Of a DNA stretch of 64,000 nt, positions 38,044 through 49,222 are shown one piece after another. The notes beneath the pieces were generated by a model, which was not told the origin of the DNA, ran no database searches, and saw nothing but the letters and a program-made list of their open reading frames with translations. The position numbers and the translations under genes are program-made. This DNA comes from a virus: IMG/VR virus record IMGVR_UViG_3300045988_023867. One strand, given 5' to 3'. Numbering within the stretch: the stretch's first letter is position 1; every line of letters begins with the position of its first letter.

Positions 38044-41000
38044 TTATTTGCAATAAATTTGCGTGTCACCAGCAGCCAAAGAACTATCAAATTCAGTGCG
38101 TTCAGCCATCGAAAGTCCGGCACGAACGGAAGCCATATTTGGGACTATAATATCTTCACCTGCAATATCTATTGAACTAAACATATCACTAATATCTACA
38201 TCAAGTCCCATAGTATCATCTGCTTGTTGAGATGCTTCAGCGGCTGTAATATCTTGTTCATTAATAATAGTTTCTATTGACTGAGTAGGTTCTTCTACTT
38301 GTTTATCAGCATTATCTTGAATAAGTTTTTCTTCAACACTTTTTATATCTTTGAACTTCTTACCGAACGCTCTAAGTTCTTGAGCTAATAGAGTATTATC
38401 TTTAATCTTATTGAATCCAAATAATTCTCTAATAAGTTCTATAACTTTTTGCCATAGATTTGGTCGTTTAACATCAGCAGATATTTCTTTTGTACTACTA
38501 ATATTATTAAGAGCTTCATTAAGAACATTATTTGTTAGACTTTCAACAATAAACTCTTCAAGCATATAGTTATAATCTTGATTAGGAAAACTAGCTGGGT
38601 CAACTACTTTACGAAGTTGAGCTATATAATTATCTTTATCGTATAGATTATCTTGTATATGTTTGGCAAATTCAGGATAAGCATCAGGATTATTAAGAGC
38701 ATCAATAAATCTATCACGAATAGTAGTCATTTCATCTATAAAAGATTGTGATTGCATGATACCATTATCATATATACGTTTATGAAGTTGTTCATGAACT
38801 AAAGTTCTAACAGCTTTATATTGACTACCTCTAGCTAAATCGAAATATGATTTTAATAAAGTAACTTTACCTGTACCTGTATTATAAACAGCAAAATCAG
38901 TTTCATTATTATCAGTAACAATATCTACATTGGTGGGTATTAATTCTTCTAGAATAATTCTACTAGCGGAATCTGCAAAATCAGGAGCAATAGCTTTTAT
39001 TAAAGATTTTGTATTAACATCTTCTTGATTTCCATGTTGTTCAATAGCAGTAATAGATGATTGTCTAGCTGTCTCCTCATCCCCTACGGGGCGCAGCACT
39101 TCGTATTCTATCCGCACCTTTTGTTTAGCGGAATTATCTTTAGGATTTGGTCTAAAGTTACTTTCTACATTACCAATCTTAGTTTTACCTAATTTTATTT
39201 TGCCAGTATTATTTTTAATAATATAATCCAAATAATTCTCATAAGTAACAGAAGTATCTCCAAATGTTATAGTTAATTGACCATTATCTTCATGTTTAAC
39301 ATAACGATTTTTATCTCTATTCATTGGAATATCATAACTCATACTATATGTAGAACCTGTAAGAAGTTTATCAATAATATCTGTTAATTCTGTTTCTAAT
39401 GAACCTCCCCAACCAGTTCTTCCAAGTCCAGCACCGCTTGTCATAGTTGGATTAAGTGTAATACCTGTTCCTTCTTCTGTACTATTATTTTTATATTTAA
39501 ATATAGTAAGCATTGGAATATTACTTCCAGCCGGAGCTATAATAATACGATTATCATATTCTACACAATTAACGCCATTAACAAAATTCTTAACTCCGAA
39601 TATATCCATTAATCTATTTTTTAGTTCTTCAAATGATATATTATTCATTTGTCGGTCTTTAATAGAATTAATGATTTCGTTTCTAATAGCAGCTCCTAAT
39701 TGACTATTAATATCAAATCCTTGTGGAATTACTTTAGCATAAAAAGGTTCATTTGTTCCATTAGGTACAATAACTAGTAAGTTAGTATTATTAAAGCCAG
39801 CTTTGACTCTTACAGTTCCATTAACTGTATCTCTAATTTCTCCATCAGCGGCTACTATACCTAAATGAATATCATTATAATTAAATCCTACAATAGCTTT
39901 ATTAATAGCTTGAGGTTCAGCATTTATATCAAATATCGCTTCTCCTCTACTAACATATTTAACAGTAACTTTAGCATTATCTATATTATTATCAATATTA
40001 TCAATCATCTTATAGTTATTATATTGTTTAGCAATAAATTCACCATAAGATATATAATTATCATTAAGGTTATCACTTACTTTATAAAGATATATATTAC
40101 CTATATTACGAAGTAATTTTGTACCTACTTCATTATTCTTATTTTTGTTTTTAAGTAAAGGTAATACTAAATCGGATAAAGAATTATTCCATAGATTGTT
40201 AATATCTTCATCAGTAAGTTTATTAAGTCTTGCTTTATAAATAAGGTCTATAAATTGCTTAGCTTCATCGCTAATTTCTCCATTCTCCGGATTCAGTCTA
40301 TCAAACAATTCATCAAGACTACTACTATAACCATCTTCTGTATATCTTACTTCATAAGACCAAAACTCATTACTAAATATATATCCATCGTTATCAGAAG
40401 TCTTTCGCATTTTCTTATTAAATCCTATTTTTACAGGAATATCAACTCCTCCATAATTAACTGTTGACCAAAACGAAATACCTTTAGGTTCATGTCTAAC
40501 TTCTAATTCTTGACCAACTTGTAAACTAGCTAAAGCTTCTTCTCCTTGTTTATTCTCTGTATAGATACCTATATTATTATCTAATTCAGGGTCTTCACGT
40601 TCTTGGTCTTGAACTAGTTCCATTAGTTTTTCTCTGTCTAAAGTTAAATCTCTAGGAGAAATATTAATAAGATTCTCATCAGTTCCTAATAGAAGATATG
40701 TTCTTAATTCATCATATAACTTATTAACAGTCTCAAATGTAGCATTACTTTCCTTAATTGCAAATCTCATAAGACTTATTATATTAAAATAGTCTTTGCC
40801 ATTTACCGATAGAATATTATTGTTAGCTTTATATATATCTATCAGATTACGAAAGTATTCTGCTTTATCTGATTCTTCATCAGTAACTATCTTTGATATA
40901 ACAAAATCTATACTACTAGAATGCTCATCAGCATTCATTTCTTGAATACTCTTATATATGTAATTTACACTACTAAGTTCTTTTGGAAGTATATCATCGA

Positions 41001-43956
41001 TTATATCAGCATCAAATCCTTCATTTATAAGTTCATTTTTGATAACAGCATATTGTTCATCATAAGACATATTGACTAATTCCTCATCTGTATTCTTTAA
41101 GAACTTATCTAATACATAAGCATTTATTTCAGAACTAGCATTAAATTGTTTTTCTTGAATAGCTTCTTGTTGTGCAAGAACAGATTCTATTTCTTTATCA
41201 GCACTATCTTCTTCGACACCTCTAACAATTTCTGGGGGTGCTTGTTGAGGTTCCCCCGTAGGGGATGGAGAGATTGCATCATCTTTACCTTGTTTCTGTT
41301 CTTCTTCAATAGGAGCTTCTTGTTTAACTTGTGCAACAGGCGGAACTTGTTCTACTGGTTTATTATTAACAGTAGCTACAGGTTGTTGTCCTTTTTGCCT
41401 TGCTTTTAATCTAGCGTGCCTACTTATAACATCAGTGATAGGTTCTGACGATTCATCGAACATATTAATATTCTTAACTATATCATCAAGTTCCTTTTTA
41501 ATATTATCGTTTAGTTCTGCATCTTTATTTCCAGCTAAATAATCAAGAACTGTATCAATATCGTTTGATTCAAAAGCATTATCTAATCTTTTAATATTAT
41601 CTTTAAGAGCTTCATCTTTAACAGTTCTATATTCGTTTTCTATATATTTAGCTCTATCTCTAATCTGTTGATTAGTTTCTGCAACATCACTATCTATTAG
41701 AGTTTTTCTTCGTTCAGCCATACTACGACCAATAACAGCAGTGGCTATATTTTTATCTATATTACCAAGTTCTTGAAGAGCAGTATTATTTCTATTTTCA
41801 TTATATAAAGCATTAAATTCAGTTTCATTAGTAGTATTAGCAGATTTAACAAATGCTTGTTTCTTCTTATTTATTTTACGAGCAATATGGTCATGCTCAA
41901 ACTTAGTAATAGTTTTAGCTTTAAGATTATCATCATTAACTTTAAGTTGTTGATTAAGATAATTAAGTTCTTGAGCAATTCCTTCTAATTGAACAGCTCT
42001 ATTTAATTCATCAACTCTAGTTTTAGTATTAACATCAGATATATCATTAAGAGATTTATTATATTCATCAGTATATTTATTTATTATATTTTGTTCATTT
42101 CTAGAAGCTAATTTATTATATGTATTTTCTTTAGCTATTTGACTAGCTATATTAGCATCTTTAGCATCATTATTTATTGCTTTATTAAGCTCTGTTTCAT
42201 AAGTCTCAGATACTTCATTCATTTTAGCAATAATATTAGTCATGAATTGTTTAGATTGTCCTTGTTCAATAGCTCCTGATTTATCCATATATTGAGCTAT
42301 GTCTTCTGACATAAGGAAGTCTTTTAGCAAATCATAATTACTTTTGTCAATAGCATTAATAGTTAAATCTGTAATAAGTTTCTCAGTAGCATTTTGTTTT
42401 AATGCTTCTTTTTCAGTTTCGTTTACTTCTTCATAAACATTATTACCATCAACATCTTGAACTATATTACCTTCATCATTAATAACAGGACTATTAGGAT
42501 TATATCCTTCATTTAATATAGCCATATCATTAATATATTTATCTAATATACTAGCTCTAGTATCTATTTCAGCTTTACGACTTTCTGTTAGAATATCTTT
42601 ATTTTTAGATATATATTTAGCGTATTGTTTATTAGCAGCACTACCTATACCTTGAAAAGCTACTCCTCCAAGCCATCCCCAAAACGATTGTTCCCACATT
42701 TGAGGGTCTTTAAGATAATCAGTATAAGTACGAGATTCATGTGCATCATTAAGCATTTCTCGTCCTTTATCAACTCCTGCTTGTTGTTGTATATATTGCC
42801 ATCCTTCTTCAAATCCTTCACTTCCTTCACGAACAATATTAAGAAGACTTTCTTTATCAGGAACTCGTAGATATTTCTTAATACCAGTAGGAGCTTGTAT
42901 TTCTCTACCAACTAATCTAGCAGCAGCTTGTTCATTAGCTTCTCTTAAAGTTCTATTAGTAGCTATATTTCTAGCACCTTTCCAAATATTTCTTAATCCT
43001 TTAAGCTGAAACGCGTCTAATAACATAAGCCACATATCGTTCTTAAAAGTATCATCAGCAGATTCTCCTGATACATATTTAGCAATTTCATCATCACTAA
43101 GTCCACGAAGTTTAGGATTAGCATTATATAAAGTTTCTCTATCAGATTCTGACATAGAAGCTAATCTTTCTTTAGCTTCATCATAAACTTGTGTATAAGT
43201 ATCTCTAGCTTCTATATAGTTTTCAGCAACTCTACTAGCAGCGGCAGTTCCCATAATATCACTACCAACTTCTACCATTTTACCAAAAGTATTTGGTCTA
43301 CCAAATGGTTTACCTGCTACTTTACCTATACCACGAGCTAATCGTCCAAGACCTGCAATTTTACCTAATTTAGCGACAGCAGTTCCAGGTATTAAAAGAC
43401 TTAATGTACTAGCTATACTTACAGCATTACCAAGCCACCATCCACTGTCACTAAAATCAAAGTTTTCATTAGGGTTTTCTCTATATATTTCAAGTCTTTC
43501 ACGAATAGCATCTTGCCATTCTGCAAGTTGAGAACTAACAGGATTAGTATAATCATCGTCAGTAACTCCTATAAGTTGTCCAGCTGCATCAACTAAATCA
43601 CTAAATCCACGAAGAGTACCAAGTACAACTTCAGAACCAACCGCTTGTCCAACGAATCTACCGGTTTGTTCAAGTACTCCTTGATTCTCTGCACGTTCTT
43701 TATTAAGTTCTTCTTCAGTATCATAAGGATTAACATAAGTATCATAAGGAGTATATTTATCTACATCATATTGATTAAGATTATATATACCTCTTGCTAA
43801 TGTACGTCCTAAAACAGAACGTCCCGCATCACTTGTAGAAGTGGCGGGATTGAAATCTGTTATAGTAGGGGGCTGTAATGCCCCCTTTTTAGTCTTAGGA
43901 TTATAGTCAGGATTTCTTCTAACGTTTCCTTCTTGCGCAAACTTTAGTATATCCAT
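38044..43956 (-). CDS. Large virion protein (1970 aa) with long coiled-coil region and a C-terminal HExxH motif
   Basis: Long Q/E/K/N-rich heptad region in the middle. VHEQLH at about residue 1721 (nt 38782-38796). Two GC-rich elements in frame. Confidence 0.75.
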   Translation of the reverse strand: MDILKFAQEGNVRRNPDYNPKTKKGALQPPTITDFNPATSTSDAGRSVLGRTLARGIYNLNQYDVDKYTPYDTYVNPYDTEEELNKERAENQGVLEQTGRFVGQAVGSEVVLGTLRGFSDLVDAAGQLIGVTDDDYTNPVSSQLAEWQDAIRERLEIYRENPNENFDFSDSGWWLGNAVSIASTLSLLIPGTAVAKLGKIAGLGRLARGIGKVAGKPFGRPNTFGKMVEVGSDIMGTAAASRVAENYIEARDTYTQVYDEAKERLASMSESDRETLYNANPKLRGLSDDEIAKYVSGESADDTFKNDMWLMLLDAFQLKGLRNIWKGARNIATNRTLREANEQAAARLVGREIQAPTGIKKYLRVPDKESLLNIVREGSEGFEEGWQYIQQQAGVDKGREMLNDAHESRTYTDYLKDPQMWEQSFWGWLGGVAFQGIGSAANKQYAKYISKNKDILTESRKAEIDTRASILDKYINDMAILNEGYNPNSPVINDEGNIVQDVDGNNVYEEVNETEKEALKQNATEKLITDLTINAIDKSNYDLLKDFLMSEDIAQYMDKSGAIEQGQSKQFMTNIIAKMNEVSETYETELNKAINNDAKDANIASQIAKENTYNKLASRNEQNIINKYTDEYNKSLNDISDVNTKTRVDELNRAVQLEGIAQELNYLNQQLKVNDDNLKAKTITKFEHDHIARKINKKKQAFVKSANTTNETEFNALYNENRNNTALQELGNIDKNIATAVIGRSMAERRKTLIDSDVAETNQQIRDRAKYIENEYRTVKDEALKDNIKRLDNAFESNDIDTVLDYLAGNKDAELNDNIKKELDDIVKNINMFDESSEPITDVISRHARLKARQKGQQPVATVNNKPVEQVPPVAQVKQEAPIEEEQKQGKDDAISPSPTGEPQQAPPEIVRGVEEDSADKEIESVLAQQEAIQEKQFNASSEINAYVLDKFLKNTDEELVNMSYDEQYAVIKNELINEGFDADIIDDILPKELSSVNYIYKSIQEMNADEHSSSIDFVISKIVTDEESDKAEYFRNLIDIYKANNNILSVNGKDYFNIISLMRFAIKESNATFETVNKLYDELRTYLLLGTDENLINISPRDLTLDREKLMELVQDQEREDPELDNNIGIYTENKQGEEALASLQVGQELEVRHEPKGISFWSTVNYGGVDIPVKIGFNKKMRKTSDNDGYIFSNEFWSYEVRYTEDGYSSSLDELFDRLNPENGEISDEAKQFIDLIYKARLNKLTDEDINNLWNNSLSDLVLPLLKNKNKNNEVGTKLLRNIGNIYLYKVSDNLNDNYISYGEFIAKQYNNYKMIDNIDNNIDNAKVTVKYVSRGEAIFDINAEPQAINKAIVGFNYNDIHLGIVAADGEIRDTVNGTVRVKAGFNNTNLLVIVPNGTNEPFYAKVIPQGFDINSQLGAAIRNEIINSIKDRQMNNISFEELKNRLMDIFGVKNFVNGVNCVEYDNRIIIAPAGSNIPMLTIFKYKNNSTEEGTGITLNPTMTSGAGLGRTGWGGSLETELTDIIDKLLTGSTYSMSYDIPMNRDKNRYVKHEDNGQLTITFGDTSVTYENYLDYIIKNNTGKIKLGKTKIGNVESNFRPNPKDNSAKQKVRIEYEVLRPVGDEETARQSSITAIEQHGNQEDVNTKSLIKAIAPDFADSASRIILEELIPTNVDIVTDNNETDFAVYNTGTGKVTLLKSYFDLARGSQYKAVRTLVHEQLHKRIYDNGIMQSQSFIDEMTTIRDRFIDALNNPDAYPEFAKHIQDNLYDKDNYIAQLRKVVDPASFPNQDYNYMLEEFIVESLTNNVLNEALNNISSTKEISADVKRPNLWQKVIELIRELFGFNKIKDNTLLAQELRAFGKKFKDIKSVEEKLIQDNADKQVEEPTQSIETIINEQDITAAEASQQADDTMGLDVDISDMFSSIDIAGEDIIVPNMASVRAGLSMAERTEFDSSLAAGDTQIYCK
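39071..39100 (+). repeat. GC-rich element copy, forward on +, CGGGGCGC variant
   Basis: GTCTCCTCATCCCCTACGGGGCGCAGCACT, read in the 1970-aa ORF as VLRPVGDEET. Confidence 0.8.
41249..41275 (-). repeat. GC-rich element copy, reverse on +
   Basis: GGTTCCCCCGTAGGGGATGGAGAGATT, read in the 1970-aa ORF as ISPSPTGEPQ. Confidence 0.85.
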
Positions 43957-43957
43957 A

Positions 43958-46600
43958 TTATTGTCCCATTATATTGTTAATTAATTGTTGGTAATAATAA
44001 GCAATTATATTCTGATTACCGGCAGCTCCTGTAATATTTGCTAAATTAATAGCTGTTTTTTCAGCAATAGCTTCGATTGCTTCTTTTCTAACATTAGCTC
44101 CTGTTTGATATAAATTATAAATATCATTCCATTGATAATAAGTATCTCTTAAATCAACTGCTGTTTGAGGAGATACAGAACCTAAAGAACGATTATTAGT
44201 TTTATCATAAACATTAAATCCTTCACCAGTAGGTATCATAGTTATCTTATCAATATTAGCAAAAGCGGAAGCATTAGTTAGATTAATATTACGTCCAGCA
44301 GCTCCATATATATTTATATCTTTCTTAGCTTTAAATGTTGTATCATTATTCCAACTTTCAACTATTGCGCTATCAAATCCTCCAGGAGCATAAAGAGTAA
44401 TTGGTTCTCTTTTAAGTTTTCCTTCATTATCATAAGTTCCTAATATAGTAATTTGAGGACTCCATTCTCCTGTTTTAAAATCTTGAACAGCTACTATTTC
44501 TAAATCATTTTCTTTAGCACTTCTAATAATAGCAGTAAGTTCTTTACGGTCTTCACTATCAATAGGTTCAAACATATTATTATCTCCAACTCGTAGAGCA
44601 CCTGTTTGAGTAAGGTCTATATTACGTATAGCCTTCATAGCTTGGTCTTTAGCTACTTTATATTGATTAGTAAATTCTGATGATTTAATAGCACCTGTTT
44701 GTAATTGAAATACTAATTCAGCAGCATTAGGTGTAGGTTCAGTAACAACTTGCTGACCAACTTGAAGTTTTCCACCTTTAAGAAGGTCATCGTTTTTACT
44801 TTTAAGTCTATTATCGACAAAATCTATTAAATCTCCAAATACTATTCTATTTTGAGACTTAGCACTACCTACTAACATATTGTCTTGTACGTCTCTACCT
44901 GTTACTGGGATTTCATCACCATTAGTTCCTACTTGAACTACATTATTTCCCCAATAAGAATTTACTGTACCTTTTAAATCATTCCATAGAGCTCCAAATA
45001 TATTAGTATTTTGAGAAATACCTTCTCTTGAAGCTTTAGCAAAACTATATAAACTTCTATTATAATCTCTTGACAATTCAGCATATTTCTTACCATTTTT
45101 AGTACCAAATGTTATACCTAAAGACTTTGCTTTATTTTCACCACCAATAGAAGCTATAAATCCGTCAAACGAATCGTCCGATGTAAAATATTGTCTAATA
45201 GCTTGTGAACTACCGAATATATTATTTACAGCTTTACTATATTGTTTAGCGTATTTATTATCTTTAGGTAAATCACTCATACTAATTATAGCATTATAAG
45301 CGTCAAATGCTTCTGCTGTATCAGGTTCTTGTCCTTCTTTCAACCCATTAAGATAATCTTGAGCATCGTCTATAATTTCAAGATTACCTAAAGCTCTATA
45401 TTGTTCCATAGGGTCTTTTATATTATCTTTAATGAGTTGTTTTATATCATTACTAGTCTTACCATCTAGATTAAAATCAAGATTAGGATTAGACGCTTTA
45501 AGTAAATCAGCAATACTTTGTTTATTAGTACTAATTTCTGCTTGTGCAGTAGATGGAACAAAATTATCAATTCTTATAGGATTTGTAGTAGTAGTAAGTA
45601 TATCAGAATAACCAGCTCTATTACTAGCTCCTCCACTTCCAGCAGCAGCTTGCTGTCTAGCTAATGCTAATTGAGCTTTCCAAGCTTCTCCATATGTAGT
45701 GTTAGAAGTTTGATTATAATAAGTAGCTGCTTTATAAAATGGGTCTATTCTTTTATTAAGATACTCTTCGGGAGTTAAAAGAATACCATCTTTATTAGTT
45801 ATATCAGGATTATTGCCACCACTCTTATCATATTTCCATTTAGCAATTTTATAATCTTGGTCAAGACTAGCTTTAGCTCCAGGAGTATTTTCAATTACAG
45901 CAGCAACAGCAGCAGCTAATTTATCTTTACTAAGTCTTTCCCATTTATTAGTAGCAGATGAATAAATCTCACCTGTAACTGATTTAGTAATATCATTAGT
46001 AACTTTACCTTGAGAATCAAGCCATCTAGTTTGACTACCTCCACCAGATTCTTTAGCAGCCCATTGAAGAGCTTTATCTAGTAATTGGCTCATAGGAACT
46101 GTACTAACTTCTTGTACAGCAGGATTCCATTTACTACCTCCAATAATATTACCTTTACTATCAGTTATATCTTTATAATTATAAGTATTTTGTTCTTTAA
46201 AATAAGCCTTATAATCTTCAGGAATATCAGTACGTTTTTCAAGATTATCAATATACTTCTTATAATCTTGTTGAGCACGAAGTCTACCAATCATACCAGA
46301 ATTAGACATTATAGAACCATTTTCACGAATAACATCGTCTAAAGCTCCATAAGCATTTCCATAAGTACTATTATTAGTAATTGCACTCTTTATTTTATTC
46401 ACTTGTTGTTGTCTCCATTCATCTTCTGCTTCATTTAAATCAAGCTTAGCAAGTTCTGCCTCCACAGCGGAGGCAGTATCTATTGCTTTAAGATGTCCTT
46501 GTTCAAGTGTATCATAAGCCTGTCCTAATTTCTCCAAATCAATTGGATTAACAACAGGTCTAAACACAGGATTAAATTCTTGTATAGGCATATTTATCAA
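43958..46600 (-). CDS. Large hypothetical virion protein (880 aa)
   Basis: Long ORF tightly packed with its neighbours. Confidence 0.7.
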   Translation of the reverse strand: MINMPIQEFNPVFRPVVNPIDLEKLGQAYDTLEQGHLKAIDTASAVEAELAKLDLNEAEDEWRQQQVNKIKSAITNNSTYGNAYGALDDVIRENGSIMSNSGMIGRLRAQQDYKKYIDNLEKRTDIPEDYKAYFKEQNTYNYKDITDSKGNIIGGSKWNPAVQEVSTVPMSQLLDKALQWAAKESGGGSQTRWLDSQGKVTNDITKSVTGEIYSSATNKWERLSKDKLAAAVAAVIENTPGAKASLDQDYKIAKWKYDKSGGNNPDITNKDGILLTPEEYLNKRIDPFYKAATYYNQTSNTTYGEAWKAQLALARQQAAAGSGGASNRAGYSDILTTTTNPIRIDNFVPSTAQAEISTNKQSIADLLKASNPNLDFNLDGKTSNDIKQLIKDNIKDPMEQYRALGNLEIIDDAQDYLNGLKEGQEPDTAEAFDAYNAIISMSDLPKDNKYAKQYSKAVNNIFGSSQAIRQYFTSDDSFDGFIASIGGENKAKSLGITFGTKNGKKYAELSRDYNRSLYSFAKASREGISQNTNIFGALWNDLKGTVNSYWGNNVVQVGTNGDEIPVTGRDVQDNMLVGSAKSQNRIVFGDLIDFVDNRLKSKNDDLLKGGKLQVGQQVVTEPTPNAAELVFQLQTGAIKSSEFTNQYKVAKDQAMKAIRNIDLTQTGALRVGDNNMFEPIDSEDRKELTAIIRSAKENDLEIVAVQDFKTGEWSPQITILGTYDNEGKLKREPITLYAPGGFDSAIVESWNNDTTFKAKKDINIYGAAGRNINLTNASAFANIDKITMIPTGEGFNVYDKTNNRSLGSVSPQTAVDLRDTYYQWNDIYNLYQTGANVRKEAIEAIAEKTAINLANITGAAGNQNIIAYYYQQLINNIMGQ

Positions 46601-46602
46601 TA

Positions 46603-49083
46603 TTAAATTGTAACACCTTTATCTCTAAATAATCTTTTATCTGTATTAGGATGTGTAGCATCATAAATACCAAGAGTATTATTATAATTTCTACGATTTT
46701 CAATACGACTAAGCATATCTTGAAGTCCAGCATTAATACCACTAAACATATTATTAAGAGAACTAGCTTTTTGTTCTCTAATAGCGTTTCTAAATTGAGT
46801 AGTACGATTTCTCCAATCATTATAAGCAGCAGTATTTCTACTTCCAACTCTTTGCCTATTTAATCTATCTTGATTAATAAGCTGAGTTTCTATATTTTCT
46901 TTTTGACCATAAAGATTATTTTTAGCGTATTGTCCAGCATTACGTAATCTTTGTTTTCTTTGAAGAGCTACTCGACTACTAGCTGTATTAGCAGTAATAT
47001 CGTCCATACTTCTACGAGTATTCTCATTAATCTCGCTTATTTGAGGTCTTATATTAAAATGGGTTTTCATAGCAGCAGGGACTTCATACATAGGTTCACT
47101 AGGAGCTTCCATATTATTAAATGATTTGCGAGTATTTATAGCACTAGCAATACTTCCTCCTATATTACCTGCAAGACCTATAATATCATTAGTATCTAAT
47201 TTATCAAATAAAGCAAGTCGTTTACGAGGAGATTCAATTACATCAGGAACTCCTGTATTAGTACTAGCTCCTTCAATAGTACGTGGTTCTATTCTAGTAG
47301 GGGTTTGAGCACCTCTAGTATTAATACCTTGAATCATTGTGTTTAAATCTGCAAATTTAGGTGCAGGTTTAGTTGGTTCAGCAGGTTTAGCAGCAGGCTT
47401 AGATTTACTCTTTCCACTTCCCCTACGGGGGGCTGTTACTTTGGTCTGCTTAGTCGTCGTAGTTGTCTGAACTGGTTGTTCAACTTTAGTACTTCTAGTA
47501 GTAACAGTTTTAGGTTTACTTTCTATTTTATCAGGAGTATATTGTGGACGTTCTAGCATATCTCTAAAGTCAGTTCTTGCTCCTTTAGCATCTCTACGAG
47601 CAGCGGCTTCAACATCTTTATCTGTCCCACTGCCAATAGGTTTAGCAGCATTACGTCCTGTAACTTTATATTGTTTTCCTTTATATTCGAAAGTATCTCC
47701 TATTTTATATTTGGTAGTATCAATTCTAAAGTCATAGTCTTTACCAACGGCTGCTTTTTCTCGTTCCCCCGTAGAGGATGGAGAGATAACTAGACCTGAT
47801 TTGACATTACCATTAACTGTTACAACTCTACCTCCTACTTTTTTTTTACGATTAAATATTCCTCTACCGTATTCAATCATATCATTAAATCCAGCAGAAA
47901 GTATATCACCAACTTCATTACTGCCACTTTTACCATAAATAACTTCTTCATTATTATCAATATAACCAATTCTACCTGGTTTGTCATTAATAGGACTTCT
48001 ACGTTTAACAGGACTTACAGTATTACTTTCTACTCTAACTGTATGTTCTTGAATAGGTTTTGATTTAGAAGGAACATATCTATTAGATTCTAATTGATTA
48101 ATTAGTCTACTATTAACTCTAGGAGCAGTAACTTTAACTTCAGGAAGATTATTAGAAGTTATGCTACTTCTAGTACTTGTTTGTTGATTAGTTTTAGGTT
48201 TTGAAGAACCAGCTACTTGTGTTCCATATTGTTTACCATTCCAAGTAAATTCACTAAGACCTTGTTTTCTAGCAGCAGCAAAAGCACTATTAAATGATTG
48301 TCTTTTAGTCTTAGGTTTAGCAGTAGAAGTATTATATTTAGCATTAGTTCTTTCAATAGCGGTTCTATTACTTGGAGTAACAGGTAAATTACCATAAACA
48401 TTATTCATTGACAATGTAGGTAGATTAAGATTACGTCCTTGATATTGAGGATTAGTTCTTGCATTTCTAAGAGCTTTAATAGTCTTAGCTTCTTCTCTAC
48501 CATAATAATCTCCGGCAAGAGTAGGATAATCTTCTCTTATACCTCCCATACGTTTCTTTTTCAAATCTGGATATTTTTTATAAACTTTAGCTTTAACATC
48601 AGAACGACCATGAAGTCCAGCAAGACGCAAAGCATCTACTGCGTCTGCTCTAGTAGGTATTGGATAACTTCTTCCACCACCAGCAAAATCTTTTTTATTA
48701 ATACTAGGATATGGTTTCTTACTTGAACCATAATCTTTATTTCTACTTAATCCTCCCATACGTTTCTTTTTAGTACCATCATCATTAATACCATTTACTT
48801 CTTTAAATCTTTCTTGAGCATTAAATACTTTAGCAGGATTAGCGCCACCCATTACAAGTTTAGCAGGACTATTACCATTAAGAATAGGTTGAGCACTAAA
48901 TACTTTTAAACCATTAGAATCTGTTTGAACAACTTCTCCGTCTTCAACTTCAAGTCCTGTTCTAGGATTCTTACCAATATCTATACCGCCAGCTTCATGT
49001 TTTCTACCTGACATATAGTATAGATTACCTTTTATATTAGTGGCACGTCCACCACGAACTATATTAGGTTCATATCTAGTCAT
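46603..49083 (-). CDS. Large basic hypothetical virion protein (826 aa) with duplicated KKKRMGG motif
   Basis: Lys/Arg/Gly-rich. The 20-nt exact direct repeat CCTCCCATACGTTTCTTTTT at 48542-48561 and 48752-48771 encodes the duplicated peptide. Two GC-rich elements in frame. Confidence 0.7.
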   Translation of the reverse strand: MTRYEPNIVRGGRATNIKGNLYYMSGRKHEAGGIDIGKNPRTGLEVEDGEVVQTDSNGLKVFSAQPILNGNSPAKLVMGGANPAKVFNAQERFKEVNGINDDGTKKKRMGGLSRNKDYGSSKKPYPSINKKDFAGGGRSYPIPTRADAVDALRLAGLHGRSDVKAKVYKKYPDLKKKRMGGIREDYPTLAGDYYGREEAKTIKALRNARTNPQYQGRNLNLPTLSMNNVYGNLPVTPSNRTAIERTNAKYNTSTAKPKTKRQSFNSAFAAARKQGLSEFTWNGKQYGTQVAGSSKPKTNQQTSTRSSITSNNLPEVKVTAPRVNSRLINQLESNRYVPSKSKPIQEHTVRVESNTVSPVKRRSPINDKPGRIGYIDNNEEVIYGKSGSNEVGDILSAGFNDMIEYGRGIFNRKKKVGGRVVTVNGNVKSGLVISPSSTGEREKAAVGKDYDFRIDTTKYKIGDTFEYKGKQYKVTGRNAAKPIGSGTDKDVEAAARRDAKGARTDFRDMLERPQYTPDKIESKPKTVTTRSTKVEQPVQTTTTTKQTKVTAPRRGSGKSKSKPAAKPAEPTKPAPKFADLNTMIQGINTRGAQTPTRIEPRTIEGASTNTGVPDVIESPRKRLALFDKLDTNDIIGLAGNIGGSIASAINTRKSFNNMEAPSEPMYEVPAAMKTHFNIRPQISEINENTRRSMDDITANTASSRVALQRKQRLRNAGQYAKNNLYGQKENIETQLINQDRLNRQRVGSRNTAAYNDWRNRTTQFRNAIREQKASSLNNMFSGINAGLQDMLSRIENRRNYNNTLGIYDATHPNTDKRLFRDKGVTI
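47413..47440 (+). repeat. GC-rich element copy, forward on +
   Basis: TCCACTTCCCCTACGGGGGGCTGTTAC, read in the 826-aa ORF as VTAPRRGSGK. Confidence 0.8.
47763..47788 (-). repeat. GC-rich element copy, reverse on +
   Basis: GTTCCCCCGTAGAGGATGGAGAGATA, read in the 826-aa ORF as ISPSSTGERE. Confidence 0.85.
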
Positions 49084-49120
49084 AATTATATATTATTATA
49101 TGAAATAGACAAAACTAGCC

Positions 49121-49136
49121 ATTTTAAAGCTCTCTG
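49121..49136 (-). promoter_or_regulatory. Conserved motif variant, rc = CAGAGAGCTTTAAAAT, 38 nt upstream of the start of ORF 46603-49083, followed by TATATAAT
   Basis: Lies in the 139-bp gap upstream of the 826-aa gene. Confidence 0.4.
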
Positions 49137-49222
49137 TCAAACGATTATCAAAATCAATACTAATTATCACAACCTATATCAAAATTCAACAGCGAGTAAA
49201 TAAACATGGTCTACGTTAATGT

